Part shown: positions 28,053-37,602 of the stretch, one piece after another
How the letters are laid out: each line of letters starts with the position of its first letter
Numbering within the stretch: position 1 is the first letter of the stretch
NCBI GenBank assembly: GCA_037384645.1
Contig: JARRNT010000001.1
Span: 27,616 to 91,615 of the forward strand
From: Gammaproteobacteria bacterium
Lineage (GTDB): Bacteria > Pseudomonadota > Gammaproteobacteria > UBA6429 > Thiohalophilaceae
Direction: 5' to 3'
DNA: 64,000 bases
Translations under genes and position numbers: made by a program
The notes under the pieces: generated by a model
The model's database searches: none
What the model saw: the letters and a program-made list of their open reading frames with translations, nothing else
What the model was told of the DNA's origin: nothing

Positions 28053-28174
28053 AGTCGCCTGCGGTAATTTGAACCTGGTCGATCTTAACCTGAGGTAGAC
28101 ATGCGTTTCCATGCCAAAGCGGGAATTACTGCCTGACAGATTTTGCCTGAAATTCACCTACGGACAGCACGTAC

Positions 28175-29116
28175 ATGTCAGCCACTGATGCACACTGCTA
28201 TGCCGCCCGCCTGCTGAACCCGTTTCACGGGACAGCACAGATCGTCAGTACCGAACAGGCACGTGCCATCAGTGTCGATGGCATCAGCTGGCGGATTCAG
28301 ATTCGCCGCGAGATTTACAAAACGCCCTGGAGTAGTCTTGCCATTCCCGTAAACAACGATCGTTATTTCGTATATGGCACCTGGTCACACCTCGATGGCC
28401 TGGCGCGTGTACCCGTTCACCCCAGCCTCTACCAGGAACACGTGGAACAGGCTGTTGAGGATCTGCTGGTACAACTCATACATGCCTGCCAGCAATTGCC
28501 GTTTGCACTGGCGGACACGAACGAATTATGGTTAATGGCGCCCGACAGCGGACAGGCCGTCGCCCTGCTTGCCAGCCAGCTTCCCCAGGAAGAGCTGCCT
28601 AGACAAAACCAGATCCGCTGGTACCCGAGCCAGAACGCGGAAACCGCATTTCAAAGCATGGCTTTTGCCGAACAGCAGTCGAAATCGACGACAAATGGCC
28701 AGCCCCAGGACCTGCTGGGCCGGGTGATCAAGTTACGCTGCAAGTCACCACTCGAAGCATACTGGATCGAACGATATGCCGATGGCAGCGGCCAGCCCCT
28801 GCAGAACCATGCTGGCAAATCTGTCGCCCAGCGGGATATGCTGCCCGCCGGATCGTTTCCAGTCTGCCTGCTGGATGAGGACTGGCATGATCCTCAGGCG
28901 GCCCAACTGGTCAGAGATTACCTTAACTGGCAGGCACCCTTGTTGTTAATGCTGCCCCTGCCTGATAGCAAACGTCGCGAACTGGAAATCCAGGCGCAAA
29001 AGCGCTCCCTGTCAGTACACCAATATCATCGCCTCTATCCGGCTGTAGCCGATGAAAGCCTGCTCAAAAAAATTCTGGTGGAAGCAGTCATGCGTAACGC
29101 GACAGAAAATTCCTGA
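28175..29116 (+). CDS. hypothetical protein (313 aa)
   Basis: Long ATG ORF divergent from the SirB1-like gene. No motif recognised. Confidence 0.5.
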   Translation: MSATDAHCYAARLLNPFHGTAQIVSTEQARAISVDGISWRIQIRREIYKTPWSSLAIPVNNDRYFVYGTWSHLDGLARVPVHPSLYQEHVEQAVEDLLVQLIHACQQLPFALADTNELWLMAPDSGQAVALLASQLPQEELPRQNQIRWYPSQNAETAFQSMAFAEQQSKSTTNGQPQDLLGRVIKLRCKSPLEAYWIERYADGSGQPLQNHAGKSVAQRDMLPAGSFPVCLLDEDWHDPQAAQLVRDYLNWQAPLLLMLPLPDSKRRELEIQAQKRSLSVHQYHRLYPAVADESLLKKILVEAVMRNATENS

Positions 29117-29327
29117 AAGACTTGCGCGCAGACTTTAGGCTAGAATGCTGTGGAGTTTATGTAATGGACACCCTCATGACGCCCCTGCATAACGCTACAA
29201 CGGACCGGCACACAGGTTCAGCCACTGCCGGCCAGATTCCATTCGCGTCACCGTGCCTGTCGCTAATACGGCAAGGTCCGGGTAACTACTGGCCTCAGCC
29301 TGGCCAGCAGCCTTGTGGATTTCTGCC

Positions 29328-30761
29328 ATGACGGCCTATGCCGGTAAAACACACCGACTTTTTACTTATATATATACTGTCGTCCTGCTTATTCTCTTCT
29401 GGTATCTGTTCAACCCGTTTGGCGCCAGGGATGACCTGTCTTCATTGCACTATATTGGACCTTCGGCCGGCCGACTGATGGAAACCCACATGGAATTTTA
29501 TGCCGGTTACGAAAACACCGGCATTCTCGAACGGGCCTTGCACGAATTTCTGTTTGGTTCAGAGAAAAGCGTCATTAACGAAGCACTGCGCGTCTACAAT
29601 GAAGTCCTCAAATATTATTCTCAGCATCCGGATAAGGCGCCTGAATGGGGCATACTCAATACCAAATCCCGACGCCTCATACTAATTGCGCAAAAACATG
29701 ATACCAGGGCACTTCGTGCAGCTCTCAGGCATTTTGGCGATGATCCGGAGGAGGAAGTCATTGCTGAAGCAGTACGCTTTGCCTATTTGCCACAGGACCA
29801 CACCGAATTTTCACCCGAGATCTTCACCGGCGCCAGCCTGCTGCCTGTCGGCTGGGCGTCGGATGAATTACGTCTGCATATTGCCATGCGCCTGGGCGAC
29901 AACCGCACGGCCAGCATACTACGTCAACGGATTAATTCACGCGGTGCCGCCCTCCGCCTGCACGTGCTTGAACTTTCCTTGATCATCGGCGGCTTGATCT
30001 GCCTTGGTCTGTTTCTGCTGGTTCGCTACCGGACCCTGTTACTGCCTTCGCCCTGGGAACGCAGCATACTCAACCAGCCCTGGACTGCCTATGACGGCTT
30101 TGCCGTATGCGTACGTGCTGCTGTCTACGGCCTGCTGATCTGGGTCGCCCTGCATCTGATTTCCCGGCATTTTTTTCGCCCCAGCGTCTTTACCATGTGG
30201 AGTACGCTATTTGCCTCCATGCCAATGCTACTGTTGATCCACTATCGCCTGTTAAAACCACGTGGCCTGAACCTGAAAAAGGCCTTTGGCCTGTCTGTCT
30301 GGCAGGCCGGGCCACGTCAGTTTTTACTGATCACCCTGGGCCTGCTTGCCCTCGACATGCTCGGTCAGATGCTGATTGGCTGGGGTACCTGGAAACTGGG
30401 TATCGGTGACCACTGGTCGGCCGGGGTTCAGGAACGCCTGGTGTTCGGCCCGGAGGCAACAGTGGTCTGGAGCACCATCAATATCGCATTATGGACACCG
30501 GTCATGGAGGAAATCGGCTTTCGTGGTTTAATCTACACCAGCCTACGCTCCCGGGCTGGTCCCACACTGGCCATCGTGTTGTCTGCCGTCATCTTCAGTG
30601 CCATGCATATGCAAAGCCTCGCCGGCTCACTATCCATTTTCTGGAGTGGCCTGTTACTGGCCTATGCCTATGAAAGGTACCACAGCCTGCTGCCAGGCAT
30701 GGTGATGCATAGCGCCGGCAACATGCTATATCTGGGAACGGTCCTGCTCTTTTATCGTTAA
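29328..30761 (+). CDS. CPBP-family intramembrane glutamic endopeptidase (CAAX protease-like) with long N-terminal extension
   Basis: 'PVMEEIGFRGLIY', 'FSAMH' and 'MHSAGN' are CPBP motifs 1-3. The protein has multiple TM helices. Confidence 0.75.
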   Translation: MTAYAGKTHRLFTYIYTVVLLILFWYLFNPFGARDDLSSLHYIGPSAGRLMETHMEFYAGYENTGILERALHEFLFGSEKSVINEALRVYNEVLKYYSQHPDKAPEWGILNTKSRRLILIAQKHDTRALRAALRHFGDDPEEEVIAEAVRFAYLPQDHTEFSPEIFTGASLLPVGWASDELRLHIAMRLGDNRTASILRQRINSRGAALRLHVLELSLIIGGLICLGLFLLVRYRTLLLPSPWERSILNQPWTAYDGFAVCVRAAVYGLLIWVALHLISRHFFRPSVFTMWSTLFASMPMLLLIHYRLLKPRGLNLKKAFGLSVWQAGPRQFLLITLGLLALDMLGQMLIGWGTWKLGIGDHWSAGVQERLVFGPEATVVWSTINIALWTPVMEEIGFRGLIYTSLRSRAGPTLAIVLSAVIFSAMHMQSLAGSLSIFWSGLLLAYAYERYHSLLPGMVMHSAGNMLYLGTVLLFYR

Positions 30762-30811
30762 TGGGCTTTGTGCATAATAGCGCGCCCTGAATCATGCACA
30801 CCGGAGTCAGT

Positions 30812-31090
30812 ATGTCACGCGTCAAAGTATACAGTACAGGTATGTGTCCTATATGTGATAACACCAAGAACCTGTTAAAAAAATGGCAGATCCCCTACGA
30901 AGAACTGCGTGTCGACACGAACCGTGATTTACTCAGGGAAATGCTGGCAATCTCAGAAGGTATGCGCCGCGTACCACAAATCACAATTGATGGTGAATGG
31001 ATTGGAGGTTTTAGCGAACTGACCCTGTTACATATGGAAGGTCGACTCAAAGAACTCGTCACTGCTGCGGATACACCGGCATCGGCCTGA
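30812..31090 (+). CDS. glutaredoxin-like protein (CPIC active site)
   Basis: 'VKVYSTGMCPICDNTKNLL...RRVPQITIDGEWIGGFSEL' shows the glutaredoxin fold. Confidence 0.8.
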   Translation: MSRVKVYSTGMCPICDNTKNLLKKWQIPYEELRVDTNRDLLREMLAISEGMRRVPQITIDGEWIGGFSELTLLHMEGRLKELVTAADTPASA

Positions 31091-31112
31091 CCATCTCCTG
31101 ACAAGCTTGAGG

Positions 31113-31970
31113 TCAGGCAACCTGGCCTGAATCCGCTAACAGGCTATTCAGCTCAAAATCCCGCCGTTCCCGGGTAAAGGGACAGGTGAACTGCAGGCGG
31201 AACGCGCATAACTGTAAACCAGCAGTATTCTTATTGCCCTGCCCATACTGAGGATCGCCGAGCACTGGATTTCCCATCATCGCCAGGTGCCGACGGATCT
31301 GGTGGCGCCGACCAGTTTCAATCTGAACCAGCAAGGTGCTCGTGTTGCTTTCCTCAGCATATTCTATAAGTTCATAGCTGGACACTGCTGACTTTCCATC
31401 CAGTAGTATACGTATCTCAGCCTTAGCCTGCTGGGGCTGGCCGGATACACGAACCTCGTAGCATTTTCTGATTTGCCGCTGTTGAAACATGTCGGATAAC
31501 TTGCGTGCAGCAACAGGAGAATGTGCAATTAACATCAACCCATGTGCTTCCCGGTCAAGTCGATGGACCAGATAAGCCTGATTGCGTGGTGCCTGGGCAA
31601 GTTCTGCCTGGCGCAACAAGGAAACATGATCCCCATACTCGTTACCTTGTGATAACAGCCCGGCTGGTTTGTACCACAGGCTGTATTCCTGTCGTTGCCA
31701 TAACATTTTACCCGCCGGGGGAACGATGGCAAGCAATACCGGATCATAGAAAACTGATAATTGATCACCTGGGCGTAGCGGCGCCGTGGCACGCCGCAGA
31801 CGCCTGCGCTTGCGACGTCCCCGCTGCAACCAGACAGCGCCCTTGTTCATGGCATCCTTGATCTTGCCTTTACTCAGTCCGGTATGGTGGCATAAATAAC
31901 TGACAGCATCCTCGCCTGCATTATCAGATATTTTAAATTGCCAGGATTGTCTATGGCTCTGATTTTGCAT
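31113..31970 (-). CDS. RluA-family RNA pseudouridine synthase
   Basis: 'YLVHRLDREAHGLMLIAHS' carries the catalytic Asp, and 'GRRHQIRRHLAMMGNPVLGD' is also present. The N-terminus is S4-like. Confidence 0.85.
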   Translation of the reverse strand: MQNQSHRQSWQFKISDNAGEDAVSYLCHHTGLSKGKIKDAMNKGAVWLQRGRRKRRRLRRATAPLRPGDQLSVFYDPVLLAIVPPAGKMLWQRQEYSLWYKPAGLLSQGNEYGDHVSLLRQAELAQAPRNQAYLVHRLDREAHGLMLIAHSPVAARKLSDMFQQRQIRKCYEVRVSGQPQQAKAEIRILLDGKSAVSSYELIEYAEESNTSTLLVQIETGRRHQIRRHLAMMGNPVLGDPQYGQGNKNTAGLQLCAFRLQFTCPFTRERRDFELNSLLADSGQVA

Positions 31971-31986
31971 TAACAGACGGCCCCGC

Positions 31987-33288
31987 TTAGCACACGGAAT
32001 TGCCACGTTTAAACACCGCAATCGCTTCGATATGCCTGGTCTGGGGAAACATATCGATCAGGCCTGCCCGGATCAAACGGTAACCAGAGCGATGGACAAG
32101 ATAACGTGCATCACGCGCCAGTGTCCTGGGCATGCAGGATACATACACGATGGTATCTGCCGTGTCCGACAGAGTTTTGATCATGTTCATTGCACCCTGC
32201 CGGGGCGGATCCAGGATTACTTTATTAAACTTAAAATCTGGCTCCCAACTATTCAAATCAGCATGCTGGAAACGGACATTGGATAAACCATTGTGGTCTG
32301 CATTATATCTTGCGCGTGCCACCAGTTCCGGATTTCCTTCAATACCGGTTACTTTATGTGCATATCGCGCCAGGGGCAGACTGAAATTTCCGATACCACT
32401 GTATAGATCAAGCACGCTGTCGTTTTCCTGAATATCGAGTTGCAGCAGAACTGCGTCCAGCATCTGCGCATTGATACTGGCATTGGCCTGAATAAAATCG
32501 GTTGGAGAAAATGTCAGTCTGACCTGATGTCGTTGAAGACTGTATTGCAGAGTACTTGTCTGCCCGACCTGCAGTGGACAGATTGATTCAGGGCCTTGTG
32601 CCTGGGTGAACAATATAAGCTGATTATTACGGGCGAAATCCCGCAGAGTAAGTTCATCATAAGGTGACAGGGGCAGCAGGTGCCGGATAACGACCGCCAC
32701 TTCCTGCTCACCACAGCTCATTTCGATCTGCGGTACTCGCTGTTTGACCGACAGACTGGCAACAAGCTGATGCAGGGGCCCCAGCAACAGGTGCAGGCGT
32801 GGCTCAAGAATCGGGCAGGTCTCGATGTCGAGCAGGTAGAAATGATTTTTTCGATGGAAGCCTATTATAACCTCACCGTTTGCCAGAGTCCGTACGCCAA
32901 GCCGGACACGTCGTCGATAATGATATGCAGCGCTGGTCAGACTTGCCAGCCATTGTTCCGGACAGACATCACCGTACTTCTCCAGGCAATGCTTAAGCTG
33001 ACTTTCCTTGTAGGCAACCTGTGCATCATAGCGCGCCTGTTGTAACTGGCATCCGCCACATTCACCAAAATAACGACACAGAGGCGTGATCCGGGCCTCG
33101 ACAGGCCGAACAACGGAATAGGATTGTGCTTTTAAAATGCGGCGGCTCTGTTCACTCTGCTCAATTCTGACTAATTCACCGGGCAGCGCACCATCACATA
33201 TCACTGGCAGGTCACCGTGCATGGCGACACCACGACCACGGCTGTCGAGTTTTTCGATATGCAGGTCTGGCATCGACGGCCTTATCAA
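31987..33288 (-). CDS. rlmD: 23S rRNA (uracil1939-C5)-methyltransferase RlmD (RumA)
   Basis: TRAM N-terminus. The 'CRYFGECGGCQLQ' motif is the Fe-S site. 'LDLYSGIGNFSLPLA', 'ILDPPRQGA' and 'YVSCMPRTLARD' are collinear with E. coli RlmD. Confidence 0.9.
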   Translation of the reverse strand: MIRPSMPDLHIEKLDSRGRGVAMHGDLPVICDGALPGELVRIEQSEQSRRILKAQSYSVVRPVEARITPLCRYFGECGGCQLQQARYDAQVAYKESQLKHCLEKYGDVCPEQWLASLTSAAYHYRRRVRLGVRTLANGEVIIGFHRKNHFYLLDIETCPILEPRLHLLLGPLHQLVASLSVKQRVPQIEMSCGEQEVAVVIRHLLPLSPYDELTLRDFARNNQLILFTQAQGPESICPLQVGQTSTLQYSLQRHQVRLTFSPTDFIQANASINAQMLDAVLLQLDIQENDSVLDLYSGIGNFSLPLARYAHKVTGIEGNPELVARARYNADHNGLSNVRFQHADLNSWEPDFKFNKVILDPPRQGAMNMIKTLSDTADTIVYVSCMPRTLARDARYLVHRSGYRLIRAGLIDMFPQTRHIEAIAVFKRGNSVC

Positions 33289-33596
33289 GTCCTGACACCA
33301 TCAAGACTGATGACCTCATCATCGCCGATCACTTCGGCAGAATGTATTATTCCCTTCGGAACATACAGGCAATCCCCTGCATGCAGGATCACACTGACAC
33401 CTCCCATGCTCAGGCGAAACTGCCCGGACAAGACAGCATCGAACTTGTCACAGTCATGCGAATGGGGTGGAAACCGGGTATCAGGCGGATAGACATAGCG
33501 CGTCACACTGAATCCACGTGATATCAGCTTGTCGCGCAAAGCCTGTTCTGATAACACACCATCGCTGGCTGAATCCCAGTGTTCTACTTCGATCAT
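33285..33596 (-). CDS. cupin-domain protein
   Basis: 103 aa. 'FPPHSHDCDKFDAVLSG...GDCLYVPKGIIHSAEV' gives the two cupin motifs. Its stop overlaps the rlmD start. Confidence 0.7.
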   Translation of the reverse strand: MIEVEHWDSASDGVLSEQALRDKLISRGFSVTRYVYPPDTRFPPHSHDCDKFDAVLSGQFRLSMGGVSVILHAGDCLYVPKGIIHSAEVIGDDEVISLDGVRT

Positions 33597-33601
33597 GCGA
33601 G

Positions 33602-34600
33602 TTAGCTGATTTGCAATACAATCTTGCCCTGGGTGCTTCCCTGTTCAATCAGGCTGTGCGCCTGTGGGGCCTGTTCCAGTGGCAAAACATGTGCGACATG
33701 CAAAGATAATTGTTCATTCTCGATCATACGTCTGCATGAATTGAGAATATCGACCTGGTGTGCTCTTGCCTTGGGCAAATCGCGCAGCATGGGAGTCAAC
33801 ATCAATTCAAAAACGAAGCGAATATTACGTATACGTGCCTCCTTCCAGTCAACATCCGTACCCGGATCGATCAGGGTCACCAGTGTGCCGTAATGAGCGA
33901 CTGCGGGTATTGAGGCCTTGCATACGGCTGGACCGACGGTATCAAAGACGACATCGACTCCCTGGCCGTCAGTCCAGTGATTAATCTCGGCAACGAAATC
34001 CTGTTCACGGTAATTAATGACGAGGTCTGCACCGAGTTCCCTGACATAGTCAGCCTTCTCAGGGCTACTGACCGTGGTTGCAACACGGGCTCCGCGTTGC
34101 TTTGCCAGTTGAATGGCCACGTGCCCAACCCCGCCGGCACCGGCATGAATCAACACGCTTTGTCCGGCGGTCAGCAGTGCGCGGTCAAACATCGCTTCCC
34201 ATGCGGTAATCAAGACCAAGGGTCCTGCTGCTGCATGCACGAAATCCAGGTTTCTTGGCATGGCGCAAACCTTATCTGCCTCGATAACCCGGCTTTGCGC
34301 ATAATTACCCTGTTCGCGACCCAGCCCTCCATCACAAAACCAGACCTTGTCACCGACCTTAAACTGCGTAACCTCTTCACCTGCCTCGGTCACTACCCCT
34401 GCACCATCACAACCCAGTACGGCAGGAAGACCGTTCTCAAAAAATACGCCCCGGCTGCGAATCTTGGTATCAATAGGATTAATACCTGCGGCATGCAGGT
34501 TCACTTTTAACTGATCCGGTGCGAGCAGCTGAGGTTCTGCAATCTCCTGCAGTTGCAAGACCTCGACACCCCCGGCTTTCGTCATCATGACGGCTTTCAT
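33602..34600 (-). CDS. zinc-type alcohol dehydrogenase / NADPH:quinone oxidoreductase family protein
   Basis: 'VNLHAAGINPIDTKIR' and the Rossmann motif 'VLIHAGAGGVGHVAIQLAK' are present. Confidence 0.85.
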   Translation of the reverse strand: MKAVMMTKAGGVEVLQLQEIAEPQLLAPDQLKVNLHAAGINPIDTKIRSRGVFFENGLPAVLGCDGAGVVTEAGEEVTQFKVGDKVWFCDGGLGREQGNYAQSRVIEADKVCAMPRNLDFVHAAAGPLVLITAWEAMFDRALLTAGQSVLIHAGAGGVGHVAIQLAKQRGARVATTVSSPEKADYVRELGADLVINYREQDFVAEINHWTDGQGVDVVFDTVGPAVCKASIPAVAHYGTLVTLIDPGTDVDWKEARIRNIRFVFELMLTPMLRDLPKARAHQVDILNSCRRMIENEQLSLHVAHVLPLEQAPQAHSLIEQGSTQGKIVLQIS

Positions 34601-34690
34601 GGTATGTGAGCCCTCTGCGTGAATCTCAAAATATAATCCTAGCGGTAAGCGATTCGAAGATAAAGTAATTTACCGGATACCTATGCCAGT

Positions 34691-35677
34691 TCATTTGTCG
34701 CTAATCCTGGGTGTAACTCCTGTATCCGGGGTATGACTAATCAGGCTGGCGACGACCGCGACCCAGGCCCGGGCAATATTGTCCAGCTTATAGCCTCCAC
34801 CACCCATTACGACCAGACGTCCCTCACACAGTTCATCGGCCAGTGCACACAGGCGGGTTGCAGCGTGCGCATGGGCCTGTTCTGAATAATGCAGGTGAGT
34901 AATAGGATCACCGCGCAGACTGTCAGCACCACATTGAAAAAGAATAAAATCCGGCCGGGCGCTGCGCACGGCATCTTCGACATCCTGCCAGGCCTGCATA
35001 AATTGCGTGTCGTTCGCGTAAGGTGGCATCGGGATATTGAGTTTATTGCCTTTCCCTGGACCCCGCCCGCGCTCGCTGGCAGAACCGGTACCTGGGTAAA
35101 GGTATCGACCATCTTCGTGTAAATCGACAACACACACAGCCGGATTCTCATCAAAGCTGTAATACACCCCATCACCATGATGGGCATCGATATCGATATA
35201 TGCCACCTGCATCACGCCAAACTGGTGAAGCAACTGTTCAATCGCGATGCCACAATCATTAAATATGCAAAAACCTGCAGCGCTATCCCGCCTGGCATGA
35301 TGCAAACCGGCGATGGGAATAAAGGCGCGGCGATATTCACCCAGCATGACACGACGCACCGCATCAAGCGTTGTCCCGACAACAGTCAGCGCAGCCTCAT
35401 ACATCCCGGCAAATACAGGCGTATCGCCGCAGTCCAGCATACCGTGTCCCAGCTGGGACAGGCTTTTGACCTTTTCAATATATTCTGCTGTATGGAAACG
35501 GCGAAGCTGATCCTCACTACCCATGACCGGCGCCAGAACTTCTACCTGTTTATCCTGGTTCTGGGCATAAAATGCATTGGCAAAGGCACTATGCCTCTGA
35601 GGACCAAAGGCATGACTTGCACCAAAGTTGTAGGCTGCCAGCGCATCCCCCAGGTAGACGCAGACAGGATGTGTCAT
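34691..35677 (-). CDS. histone-deacetylase-family (AcuC/APAH-like) Zn-dependent deacetylase
   Basis: 'GLHHARRDSAAGFCIFND', 'DIDAHHGDG' and 'VMGGGGYK' cover the catalytic His pair, the Zn ligands and the Tyr loop. Confidence 0.85.
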   Translation of the reverse strand: MTHPVCVYLGDALAAYNFGASHAFGPQRHSAFANAFYAQNQDKQVEVLAPVMGSEDQLRRFHTAEYIEKVKSLSQLGHGMLDCGDTPVFAGMYEAALTVVGTTLDAVRRVMLGEYRRAFIPIAGLHHARRDSAAGFCIFNDCGIAIEQLLHQFGVMQVAYIDIDAHHGDGVYYSFDENPAVCVVDLHEDGRYLYPGTGSASERGRGPGKGNKLNIPMPPYANDTQFMQAWQDVEDAVRSARPDFILFQCGADSLRGDPITHLHYSEQAHAHAATRLCALADELCEGRLVVMGGGGYKLDNIARAWVAVVASLISHTPDTGVTPRISDK

Positions 35678-35684
35678 GGCGGGA

Positions 35685-36023
35685 TTATTTGCAGTGTTGA
35701 CTGATAAGCTTGGCCTCGGGGATGCACTCGTGAATCAGGGCGGCAATCTCCAGGCCCAGACCGGGTCGTGGACGGTGACTGACCCAGAGCGTCCCCAGTT
35801 GGACATTAACCTCGGCAAACAGGATCACCGCGGCATAGCCATTAAGGATGTGCTGGAGCTGGCTATAGATCTGTTGTTGTTTCTGGAGATGAAATTGTTT
35901 TAAGCGCTTGATCAGCATCATGAAATCAGCAGCCAGCTCGCCGTATTCGGTTCGCGTCGGTACCCGTTGCCACAGGGGTTCTGCGGATTGCAGTTCTGTC
36001 GCCTTGATTAGCGAGAATTCCAT
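35685..36023 (-). CDS. hypothetical protein (112 aa), 7 nt upstream of the deacetylase gene
   Basis: ATG ORF 'MEFSLIKATELQSAEPLWQ...' on the same strand and tightly linked to the HDAC-family gene. Confidence 0.45.
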   Translation of the reverse strand: MEFSLIKATELQSAEPLWQRVPTRTEYGELAADFMMLIKRLKQFHLQKQQQIYSQLQHILNGYAAVILFAEVNVQLGTLWVSHRPRPGLGLEIAALIHECIPEAKLISQHCK

Positions 36024-36119
36024 GAAGCCCCCTGCTGTTGCCTTACTCTATTCATTCAGCGTAGCCGATTTGCTGCATGAAGCCAACTGCCAGGGCAGGA
36101 ATTAATTCACCCCGAGGAT

Positions 36120-36449
36120 TTAAGTCTTTGCTTGTTCTTCTGAACAGCTATAGTCGTGGGTGATTTCCTCGCCGGCATAAATGTCTCGCAAGGCGCAGAC
36201 TTCGAGAGTGTCGTACAGGATAACATTCGGCGTATCGCTATGATTAATGTACTTATATTTACACAACATTCGCACCCCGATGCTATCACTGATCCACAAC
36301 ACATAGGCATCATCCTTGATAGTGCGTATGCCGCGGATTTTACCCAGTATTGTCCCGGCTTCGATCATACTGGTAGCAAACAGGCCCTTGCCATGAATCG
36401 GGCTGTTTCCTATTCGCAATCGCTGCTTGTCAGACATTAATAAAAACAT
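36120..36449 (-). CDS. minimal SET-domain protein (putative lysine methyltransferase)
   Basis: 109 aa. 'SPIHGKGLFAT' is the GxG SAM site, 'YINHSDTPN' is NHS-like, and 'AGEEITHDY' carries the catalytic Tyr. No signal peptide. Confidence 0.8.
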   Translation of the reverse strand: MFLLMSDKQRLRIGNSPIHGKGLFATSMIEAGTILGKIRGIRTIKDDAYVLWISDSIGVRMLCKYKYINHSDTPNVILYDTLEVCALRDIYAGEEITHDYSCSEEQAKT

Positions 36450-36452
36450 CGG

Positions 36453-37034
36453 TTATCCCTTGAATGCATCCTTGCTCTCCAGCCAGGCCACTTCTTCGGC
36501 AGTACTCTCACGTCCAAGGATAGCATTACGATGCGGGAAACGACCAAAGCGACGTACAATCTCACGGTGATGATGGGCAAAGCGCAGATTCTTTTCCAGG
36601 CCAGCACGGGTAAAAAGTTTCACCGAGGTCTCCTGGTCTTCCAGGTTTTCGCTATGCATATAGGGCAGATACATAAATGCCTTTTGTGCTCCAGGCAAGT
36701 GCTGGTCCAGCCCGCGAGAGATTGCCTGGCTCGCAACCCGCCGTGCCCGTTCCTCGCTGGCAAAGCTCCGGGACTGGCCTCGATAAATATTCAATGGAAT
36801 CTGATCGAACAAGATAACCAGTGCCAGCGCTCCCTCCGCGCTTGTCTGCCAGTCATCCAGTTCACCGCGGCATGCCGCGGCATAGGTATCGGCAAAGTGC
36901 GCGCGCAATTCATCATCGAATGCTGGCGTGGAATTAAACCAGAATTTAGCCACTCGTTCGGAAAACCAGAAATCAATCAGTTCTCTGGCGCTAACAATGT
37001 CCGTCTTGTCGCTGTCTGCTGACATAAGCTTCAC
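36453..37034 (-). CDS. DUF924-family protein
   Basis: 'FWFNSTPAFDDELRAHF' and 'ALALVILFDQIPLNIYRG' are typical of DUF924. Confidence 0.75.
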   Translation of the reverse strand: MKLMSADSDKTDIVSARELIDFWFSERVAKFWFNSTPAFDDELRAHFADTYAAACRGELDDWQTSAEGALALVILFDQIPLNIYRGQSRSFASEERARRVASQAISRGLDQHLPGAQKAFMYLPYMHSENLEDQETSVKLFTRAGLEKNLRFAHHHREIVRRFGRFPHRNAILGRESTAEEVAWLESKDAFKG

Positions 37035-37600
37035 TTTTCCTTTTCAGCACATTGAGGCCAGCCATAGCCCCACCGCCAGGGCAAGCCGGTGCATGGCATG
37101 CCGCCAACTCGTACGGCCCGATACATCAACCCGGCAATAATGTGAAAATTGTGCTCAATGATGGCTGGTGACAGGTGAAACTGATGCGCAAACTGTGTTT
37201 TGTGTGTTTTACCAAAATCTATCACACATTGTTGTAATGCCGCATCGGCCTGCTGGCGTTTGTCAAAACCCTGTTCGGTTTCGCCACGCCAGTAAGCCCG
37301 ATCATGGACGACACAACAACTTTCATAAGGAGGCCTGTTACCAAATATCTGCTTGAACGCCGGTATCGCCCTGGCCAGGAAACGCCAGCCTTCTGACAGA
37401 CCGCCACTACAACCGTCCGTGGTAAAGCTTGCCAGATGATTGTGTTGATCGGCCTGTACCCTGGCCAGTAATTGATAACGTGGGAGTTCCAGTTTGCGCT
37501 CGCGCTGTTCAAGCCCATCCTGCTGTAACCCGGCAGTCGCACTCAGGGTTGGAAATGTCCAGGATAACAAAAGAAGTAATATAAAAGGTCGTGCCTGCAT
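37031..37600 (-). CDS. secreted protein with prokaryotic phospholipase-A2-like motif
   Basis: Signal peptide 'MQARPFILLLLLSWTFPTLSA'. 'TTDGCSGG...ESCCVVHDRAYW' resembles the GCS...C..HD..Y core of prokaryotic PLA2. It overlaps DUF924 by 4 nt and lies 2 nt from msrA. Confidence 0.45.
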   Translation of the reverse strand: MQARPFILLLLLSWTFPTLSATAGLQQDGLEQRERKLELPRYQLLARVQADQHNHLASFTTDGCSGGLSEGWRFLARAIPAFKQIFGNRPPYESCCVVHDRAYWRGETEQGFDKRQQADAALQQCVIDFGKTHKTQFAHQFHLSPAIIEHNFHIIAGLMYRAVRVGGMPCTGLPWRWGYGWPQCAEKEK

Positions 37601-37602
37601 GC

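Noticed and set aside
31097-31117. Hairpin CCTGAC-n9-GTCAGG between the glutaredoxin and RluA-family genes as a bidirectional terminator
   Set aside because: The stem has only 6 bp, overlaps the RluA-family stop codon and has no flanking U-tracts. It is too weak to call.
35177-35704. 175-aa plus-strand ORF. Similar antisense ORFs lie at 33977-34510 and 41522-42025.
   Set aside because: They are antisense shadows of the HDAC-family, quinone-oxidoreductase and PP2C genes respectively.
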